64,000 nt of DNA, from the NCBI GenBank assembly GCA_048882485.1, contig JBHLRP010000007.1, forward strand, positions 24,474 through 88,473, in the 5' to 3' direction. The notes under the pieces are model-generated. The model did no database searches, had not been told where the DNA came from, and saw only the letters and a list, made by a program, of their open reading frames with translations. A program made the position numbers and the translations under genes. Shown piece by piece: positions 58,101 to 64,000 of this stretch; within the stretch, counting starts at the first letter, position 1, and every line of letters starts with the position of its first letter. The DNA is from Candidatus Thorarchaeota archaeon. GTDB lineage: Archaea > Asgardarchaeota > Thorarchaeia > Thorarchaeales > Thorarchaeaceae.

Positions 58101-59792
58101 TCTGTCTTCCACGCTGACGAAATCAAAGAATGATTTGCCTATCAAATCCTTCTCTGAATCATAGCCAGAGATTTTCTGAGCAATTCTGTTGGCCATACGA
58201 ATATTCCCGTCTAGATCTCCTACTACTATAGCATCAGGTGATGTTTCTACAAGTCTACGATAGCGTTCCTCTGAAGTCTTCAACGCCTCTTCCGCTTGCT
58301 TCCTATCAGCGATATCCAGAATAGTTCCCGTCGCTCTCTTTGTACCTCCTTCTTCATTTAGCTCCAATACACTGCCGCGTTCCATGACCCACTTGTATTC
58401 GCCAGATTTCGTCCGCATACGATGTTCGGAAACATACGGAATGCTTCTGTCTTCGACATGCTTGAGCCATCTTGCTTCCAAGAGTTCAAGATCATTGGGA
58501 TGTATTAGAGATTCCCAATCACCATAGCTTGTCCCCATTTCGTTTACATCATATCCAAGAATTCTCGCATAGCCTTCATCGAAGTGGAATATATCATTCT
58601 CAGCGTCCCAATCCCAAACACCAAGTTTCGCTCCTTTTAAGGCAAGATCGAGACGTTCTTCAGACTCTCGAAGTATTCTCTCAGCTTTGACCTGATCTGT
58701 TACATCGCGAGTAATGCCCATTATACCAGTTGGCTCATCATTTTCATCACGCAAGATTGACATCCGCATCTCAGCAGGGAATGATGAACCATCTTTTCGG
58801 AGAAGTGTTGTTTTTACTATACCAATATCCTCCCCCTTGACTAGTCTCATTATGATTTCGGCTGCCCTCTCCCTGCCCTCCTCCGGAGTCAAAGAAAAGC
58901 CGTCCATTCCTATCATTTCTTCAGCATTCTCATATCCGTGAAGTATAGCTGTTTGGGCACTTACCATTTCGAAATGGCCATCAAGGCTAGCTACCGTAAT
59001 GGCATCGGGCGATGTATCGATTAGCCGACGTATACGCTCCTCACTCTCCCTTAGCTCCTTCTCAGCCGCTTTCCGCGAACTGATGTCCCTAACTATACTC
59101 TGTAGATAGAGAGGTTCCCCTGAATCGTCTGAGATTAGGGCCATATTGATTTCTACTGGAAATAGATTTCCATCTTTTCGTTTGAAAGTGCGCTCGTACA
59201 CTGGCAACGATTCGCCCTTCTTGAGAATGTCGAGTCTTTCTGAGCTATCATCAACCTCCGATGGTGCTATCGTATCAAAGTATGAACGTCCAAGCAGCTC
59301 TTGTCTTTCATAGCCAAGCATCTCGAGACCTTGCTTGTTGGAATCGATCATGATGCCCTCCAGAGTCATTATGAATACCCCATCGTTGGTTTCCTCAAAG
59401 AGTGCCTGGTACTTCCTCATGGCTTCTTCTTGCTCCATTAGAATTGGACGTACAATCAAATAGAATCCAGTTGGCCCAGCTTGGCTCTGTATAGTTCCGC
59501 TCACGACGTCAGCAAGAATGCCCAACCCTGTCCGTGATCTGAGAGTGATTTCTATGGTTTCTTTTGCCGCAAGACCGGGATGAAATTCTCTGCTATTCGC
59601 ATGGAGAATGCCGCTAAGGGTTTGGCTCTCCATCTCTCTGACCTGATATCCCAGGATATCCGCAAAGGCTCTGTTTGAATGAACAACTTTGCTTGCATTA
59701 TCAATGATGACAAATCCATCAGTGATTTGCTCCGCTAATATATAGCAGCTGGGAAGGTGTACCCCAACCAAACTGGTCATTGCAATGTCCAA
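55104..59792 (-). CDS. Cytoplasmic multi-PAS (about 9) plus GAF sensor histidine kinase
   Basis: Repeated (R)DIT..K.AE..LRESEERYR PAS linkers; GAF; AYTVSHDLRAPLR, NLLSNAWKF, DNGAGF, GSGIGLA; no TM helix. Confidence 0.93.
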   Translation of the reverse strand: MDIAMTSLVGVHLPSCYILAEQITDGFVIIDNASKVVHSNRAFADILGYQVREMESQTLSGILHANSREFHPGLAAKETIEITLRSRTGLGILADVVSGTIQSQAGPTGFYLIVRPILMEQEEAMRKYQALFEETNDGVFIMTLEGIMIDSNKQGLEMLGYERQELLGRSYFDTIAPSEVDDSSERLDILKKGESLPVYERTFKRKDGNLFPVEINMALISDDSGEPLYLQSIVRDISSRKAAEKELRESEERIRRLIDTSPDAITVASLDGHFEMVSAQTAILHGYENAEEMIGMDGFSLTPEEGRERAAEIIMRLVKGEDIGIVKTTLLRKDGSSFPAEMRMSILRDENDEPTGIMGITRDVTDQVKAERILRESEERLDLALKGAKLGVWDWDAENDIFHFDEGYARILGYDVNEMGTSYGDWESLIHPNDLELLEARWLKHVEDRSIPYVSEHRMRTKSGEYKWVMERGSVLELNEEGGTKRATGTILDIADRKQAEEALKTSEERYRRLVETSPDAIVVGDLDGNIRMANRIAQKISGYDSEKDLIGKSFFDFVSVEDRGNAKEIMLRAIHEGREIPESVRLILLRADNSTYLAEVNGTVIRDSDGTPESFVVVVRDITGRQKIEMELRESEGKYRALAEQSIQGLAIMAGDGVVYCNQTYADIMGRSVEEIIDGDVGSGIWDVIHSDDRERLRERYREYMKGGKRLGSTKYRILRPDGEIRWVESFASIIDYAGSQAMQSSIIDITEKHQASEAQKRAEEALRGERDRAQLYLDMAGVIFLVLNREGKITLLNRKGCEVFSCSPSEAIGTSWFKLVPERERIEVRAAFNQLMSGSLEEIERQERHIVTFNDEERLIEWSSVVLKDDEGQIIGLISSGEDITEKRWAEAALKESEERYRTLVQSMQDLVFVYNEKDRNVEFYGAEKQYLVAPPEEFLGRHVKEILPPEMADAYLENVQAVRESGETRIYDYPLEVRGIPHWFSAKMSRHEDEKSVISVVRDITARVLAEETVKRERRAFKLIAEAAVYSKSVDDLCSQVLSGLIETLGFEKGSVSIPNQDESKLITISRIGMKDELLAGSMPLDEEAGRKFVISNVALTKKPIFAPDISVDESLDSFYEWLERLEIRSAIVWPLLDSKKDLLGVLGIASKDKKEMEEEARIFFETVADMFAQVLEKLRSQEALAAAEEKFRSIFNEIPIGLQLLEQDSDGALRLVEVNPAIDSMLNTSGTSLVGKTLEEIASSHQRAMVIEQCRRVVKEGIPWHTEDVRVEEDQVIRAVRTSIFPVLPGMIAVSFLDLTDRVRAEREVRRLNEQLNKLVEERTAELASANKELEAFAYTVSHDLRAPLRTMDGFSQALLEDYKETLDNTGKDYLERIRRAAIRMAGQIDDILDLSRVTRLEMDRVSVNLSLMAEEVIKDLRESDPERNPRIVIEEGLRNRCDRRLMRAALQNLLSNAWKFTSSVDEPIIEFGSVDVEGESVYYVKDNGAGFEMEFAERLFKPFQRLHKADEFEGSGIGLATVERAISRHGGRVWAEGETGKGATFYFTLRKKAEDSN

Positions 59793-59980
59793 CTCCTCTC
59801 AATATAGGACGCTTAGAACAGACCCCTTGCTGAGAAGAATGAATAATACCATTTTGGTGACACCCTTAGCAGATTAGATGATTTTTCGAGGAATAAACAG
59901 CTGCTATGCTTCTTGAGGCCAATCACAAACCTAAAAGGAGACTATCCTGCGTCTGCAGAGCCTAGAAGAGGCGAACCTCA

Positions 59981-60793
59981 TTGGTTGTAGACACACAGAA
60001 TGAGAAGCCACGACACCGAATTCAACTCAACAAAGTCGGTGTCAAGGATCTCAAGACCTTTCTCATCACAGAGCGAAGTGGACTGCGGCATCACTTGATT
60101 CCAAAAATCGAGTTCACAATCGACCTACCTGCTGACCTCAAGGGCGTTCACATGTCGCGGCTAGTCGAATCGATGACTGAAGTAATTAGCGAGGAGTTCA
60201 GTGTCTACAAGTCAGTTGAGGAGCTTCAGAATCGTATACTTGACGCTTTATCCGTGAAGCACAGCTTCAAACGTGGGGAGATCACCTTCGATTTTGAGTT
60301 CAGTTATGCTACAAAGACACCTGCCTCAAGGATGCGAACATGGGAAGTCTGTGACATAACCGCATCGACTGCGAAAGAGGAGGGCAAGCCCAACATTCAC
60401 TGTGCCGAGGTCAAGGTTATTGGAAACACCGTCTGTCCCCATTGCATGGCCAACAACCACGGGCTCACTCATATGCAAAGGGCCGTCGGAACGCTTGGGG
60501 TAAAAGGAACTACCGACCAGATTCCGACCTATGGTGATATGATTGATGTGATTGAACGTTCCTTCTCGAGTCCAACATATTCCTTATTGAAACTTGAGGA
60601 TGAGATGCATGTCACAAAGAAAATGCATGATAATCCTCTCTTTGTTGAGGATGTGTGTAGAAACATCCTCCAGAACGCAAAGGAGAAGTTTGATTCATTG
60701 ACTCTTGAAATATATGCTGAAGCACGATCTCTCGAGAGCATTCACAAGCATGATGTCATAGCACAAGGACAGATTGTTGTCAACGGCGGGTAG
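59981..60793 (+). CDS. mptA: GTP cyclohydrolase MptA/FolE2 family
   Basis: DTQNEKP, KVGV, KGVHMSR, VCPHC, HMQR, LLKLEDE, NPLFVED, ESIHKHD. Confidence 0.9.
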   Translation: MVVDTQNEKPRHRIQLNKVGVKDLKTFLITERSGLRHHLIPKIEFTIDLPADLKGVHMSRLVESMTEVISEEFSVYKSVEELQNRILDALSVKHSFKRGEITFDFEFSYATKTPASRMRTWEVCDITASTAKEEGKPNIHCAEVKVIGNTVCPHCMANNHGLTHMQRAVGTLGVKGTTDQIPTYGDMIDVIERSFSSPTYSLLKLEDEMHVTKKMHDNPLFVEDVCRNILQNAKEKFDSLTLEIYAEARSLESIHKHDVIAQGQIVVNGG

Positions 60794-60920
60794 CTATTCT
60801 CTTTTTTCGAATCAATAATCGAAAAGAGGTCTTATGATAAGACCAAAAAGGTACTTTAAGGGAATTCTGCCTCGAACTGTGTTAGACGTCTTATTCGCCG
60901 TTCAATTGGGGATGTGAAAT

Positions 60921-63900
60921 CTGAGGCAAAAGGTAAGAGCCAAAAGGACCCTTCTATTAGCAACTATATTGTTGCTTGCCATATTAGTGGGCCCTGCGTT
61001 TCCATTCATGGCTTCTACCAATTCGGATGTTTCCCGGTTTGCGAACTCTCAGGATGAAGCAAAAAATCCGATTTCGCCCGTGCAGATTGATGAAAAAGAA
61101 AGCTTCAGTACATCTGCGCACACAGTTGAAGGCGTTCTCGATCCAGTTTCTGTTGAGCAGCGTGGAGTAGTAACTTCCGGCACTCAGTCTATTCGAACAG
61201 ACACTAATCCAAATGTTATGTATGATATTCCTATTGATGACGCTCATAATTGGCTTGGGAGCACGGCAAATGTATCCATAACTGATTTAGAGCGACTATA
61301 CATCGTCAATGGAACTTTCGATAGTGGAACTCCTGGAGTCAATTTATACCCTAATGGCACTGTTTCTGCCTTTCCTTATGGGTGGAGTTCAAATAGTACA
61401 ACCTCTGATATCGCCACCATCCAACGATCTGAATACGATGTGACTGGTACCAAATTCATAAGGGTAGAGAACGAAGGGCATTCAATTGGAACAGGATCAA
61501 ACCTGCGGTACCAACATGTCTTAGACACTGAGATCATGTGGACCCAGAATATAACAAATGCACCTTACTCTGAAGACTTTGTCCTCAATTTGGATTATCT
61601 CTATGAATGGGGCCCTTTGGATGTCGCTTTAGGGAATTCGATCTGTCTAGTGGCATATATTGATGGAAATGAAGTATGGAGTGTCGCACTTCCATCATTA
61701 TCACAGAGGAATCAGTGGTATAGTACTGGAAACATTGATGTCCATATTCCAGGCGCCAGCACCAATCTCTTCTTTGAAATAGGCCTTGTAATCAACGCCA
61801 CACATAATCTGGATCCTGCATTGTACGGTTTTGTCAATGCAGTCCTCATTACAGGCTTGATAGATGGGCTGGGAATATTGAATCCAACGCCTCCAACTCC
61901 CTCTTCAGTAGATCTCCAGTTTACAGCAGGTGGAGATTTTGCACCCATTACAGGAATAAGTGGTAGTGGGGTGGCTTCTATTACCAACAGCTCCTACTGG
62001 AACGTCAATCCTCTGCATGTTAGTATAAGCTCCAATGTGAGTGTTTCATTCAATTATGAAGCCAAGCTGCTCTCTCACAGGTACACTGATTCCTACTGGG
62101 GTTCTGATTTTTCGAAATACGGTGTTTACTATCAAGTTTCTACTGGTGGAAGTCCTGAACTTGGCTTCTTTACCTATATAGGCTCCCTGGAGGATTATCA
62201 GAATCCATCCGTAATCGTAACCTATCCGTCAGATTGGGAGAATATTACTGTTATTGATTCAGGCGCAACACCTGTTACGAGTCAATGTGTCATCTCTCAA
62301 GGTTCACTAGTTATCCCCTCTTCAGTACTTAATGCTCTAGGCTGGTGGTTTTTCGACCTCCAATCACCAAATTATGTTAATACGATGGAAATGCAGGTCT
62401 ACGAAGCTGGCGGGGATCAATGGATTCAGGAATCCCTATTCAGGACCGGGAACATCTCCAGAGTTTCAATATCTATTTCTTCAGGACCAAACGTTCCCGA
62501 GCCGCTAAACCTTGTCAATCTTACATGGATTATGCCAAATGGCACAGTCTGGTATCAGGAGTCACAAAGTGGCGGAGTTTCTGGTGCCTTAATTTCCAGT
62601 GAGCTTGTTTTTGGTCCCCTAAACACCACTGCCGGTGAATGGGAGCTGCATTTACATTGGGCAAATGGGACTGAGATTGCTCTGGGTGAATCTACATTTG
62701 AAATCCATCATAGAGCTAGCCTGGAGCGACACTCTACCATGAACGACCCCTTTGAAGCAGAAGCCGGACAATTGGTCTTCGCCCAGTTTGTTTACAAGGA
62801 CGCCGAAAATGGTCAGTACATCCTAGATGCGATTTCGACAATACAGGGATATTGGCCTGGTCCAACTGCCACCTTCGTTGCCAATCCATCTCAAAAGTGG
62901 TGGGATGCAAGCTTTGACACGTCCATTCTTGGACCTAGTGATACTCTGATTATTGTTAATGCTACACACCCCTATTTCGACAATGTTTCATCCAGCTTCA
63001 CCATTCGGATATACTTCACTAACAACGAACTTACAATCGATGAAGTTTCAGCGGATGTTTCTCTCGAGTCTTCTTATCTAGCGAATTTCAGCTACAAGGA
63101 TCAATTCGGAACTGGCATTTCTGGGGCGAATGTTTCTATTTCCTACAACGGTCCTGGAGGAGGTCTTACATGGACCGACCCGATTGATGAGGGGCTTGGA
63201 GAATATAATGTCAAATTTACTCCTCACATATCCGGGATTTATGCTATTACAATTGCTGCAGATGCTGGGTTCTATGAAAGGGCAGACAGTACACTCGTCC
63301 TTAATGTGGGAGAACTATACTCTGAGATTACGAGCTTGAATGGAACTGGAGCGTTCATCCAGTTCGGGCAGACGTATAGACTTGTTTTAAGATATACAAA
63401 CGGAACTGGTCATGGTCTGCCTGGAGCTGATATAGTGAATATTAGCACATCGGAGGCAGGACTGAATATCGGTCCAACTGTGGATGAAGGAGATGGATAC
63501 TACTCGATTTTGCTTGACCCTCAAGTTTCTACCACCTATACCATCCTATTCCGTGTGAATCTAACAAATCATGAAACACAGTTTATTCCATTCTCAATTA
63601 CAGTCACAAAGATACAGATGGAACTGTCCTTGGTTTCCTTCAATCAGACTATTGCGATAGACCAGACATGTACTGCCATCTTGAATGTCACCAGTACACT
63701 GATGGGCGCACTCGATACGGCTAATGTGTACATTTCGAATCCACCAATGGCTCTCACTGTATCTCCGACAGTGAATTTGGGGGGTGGCATCTTTCGCATC
63801 AACATTAATAGCAGTCAAATAGACTCATTCATTTTGGTTTTCGTGGCAACCGAGGCAAACCACGGGGACAATTCAATTCAAGCTACCCTAAATATACAAT

Positions 63901-64000
63901 CAATACAGACCGATTTTAGTACGGCAGAAGGTAGTGCATCGGATCAAACAGAATTCATGAGCACCTATGAATTGATTGTCTTCTTTGAGCGTGTTGACCC
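60921..64000 (+). CDS. Large secreted surface/S-layer-like glycoprotein, over 1000 aa, 3' end outside the window
   Basis: Not in the ORF track. The start (LRQKVRAKRTLLLATILLLAILVGPAFPFMA signal peptide) and the window end translate in the same frame; beta-rich, many N-x-S/T sequons, Ig-like repeats (GISGANV, DEGLGEY, DEGDGYYSI, NLGGGIF). Confidence 0.8.
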   Translation, partial: MRQKVRAKRTLLLATILLLAILVGPAFPFMASTNSDVSRFANSQDEAKNPISPVQIDEKESFSTSAHTVEGVLDPVSVEQRGVVTSGTQSIRTDTNPNVMYDIPIDDAHNWLGSTANVSITDLERLYIVNGTFDSGTPGVNLYPNGTVSAFPYGWSSNSTTSDIATIQRSEYDVTGTKFIRVENEGHSIGTGSNLRYQHVLDTEIMWTQNITNAPYSEDFVLNLDYLYEWGPLDVALGNSICLVAYIDGNEVWSVALPSLSQRNQWYSTGNIDVHIPGASTNLFFEIGLVINATHNLDPALYGFVNAVLITGLIDGLGILNPTPPTPSSVDLQFTAGGDFAPITGISGSGVASITNSSYWNVNPLHVSISSNVSVSFNYEAKLLSHRYTDSYWGSDFSKYGVYYQVSTGGSPELGFFTYIGSLEDYQNPSVIVTYPSDWENITVIDSGATPVTSQCVISQGSLVIPSSVLNALGWWFFDLQSPNYVNTMEMQVYEAGGDQWIQESLFRTGNISRVSISISSGPNVPEPLNLVNLTWIMPNGTVWYQESQSGGVSGALISSELVFGPLNTTAGEWELHLHWANGTEIALGESTFEIHHRASLERHSTMNDPFEAEAGQLVFAQFVYKDAENGQYILDAISTIQGYWPGPTATFVANPSQKWWDASFDTSILGPSDTLIIVNATHPYFDNVSSSFTIRIYFTNNELTIDEVSADVSLESSYLANFSYKDQFGTGISGANVSISYNGPGGGLTWTDPIDEGLGEYNVKFTPHISGIYAITIAADAGFYERADSTLVLNVGELYSEITSLNGTGAFIQFGQTYRLVLRYTNGTGHGLPGADIVNISTSEAGLNIGPTVDEGDGYYSILLDPQVSTTYTILFRVNLTNHETQFIPFSITVTKIQMELSLVSFNQTIAIDQTCTAILNVTSTLMGALDTANVYISNPPMALTVSPTVNLGGGIFRININSSQIDSFILVFVATEANHGDNSIQATLNIQSIQTDFSTAEGSASDQTEFMSTYELIVFFERVD

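Noticed and set aside
1-64000. CRISPR arrays, tRNA/rRNA genes, IS elements, prophage or integrase
   Set aside because: None seen in the intergenic gaps or among the ORFs by eye; a tRNAscan/Infernal run would be needed to exclude small RNAs

Overview
Gene-dense archaeal chromosomal segment, most likely from an Asgard archaeon (Thorarchaeia-like). That taxon is an inference from thermosome, eS17, archaeal HMGCS/thiolase/DUF35, MptA, ATP-dependent ligase, a WD40+PCI-like protein and an Smc5/6-type SMC. I found no rRNA, tRNA, CRISPR array or transposase. Left to right: alpha/beta hydrolase (partial), K+-independent H+-PPase, WD40 protein, secreted M14 peptidase; a five-gene minus-strand operon encoding a motif-degenerate AAA+ protein, an Smc5/6-like SMC ATPase, a kleisin-like protein, a kite (Nse1/Nse3/ScpB-like) protein and a Zn-ribbon/winged-helix protein, set head-to-head with a MoxR AAA+ / HExxH-vWA pair; a NuoEFG(HydABC)-like flavoenzyme without a catalytic centre, coupled to NfnAB; NAD(P)HX repair; a PPAT-DPCK fusion; the HMGCS-thiolase-DUF35 module; a SAMP/MoaD protein; an AsnB-like enzyme; TrxB; thermosome; korAB-fumC-sdhAB without membrane anchors; an orphan adenine MTase; a MOP-type exporter; rps17e; lig; queD; a three-gene multi-PAS two-component cassette; mptA; and a large secreted surface protein running off the right end. 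The strongest candidate for an undescribed system is the Smc5/6-like operon with its pseudo-AAA+, Zn-ribbon/wH and MoxR-vWA partners (7060-16712), flanked by a highly base-paired intergenic element (about 6780-6950). All assignments come from reading motifs by eye; no searches were run.
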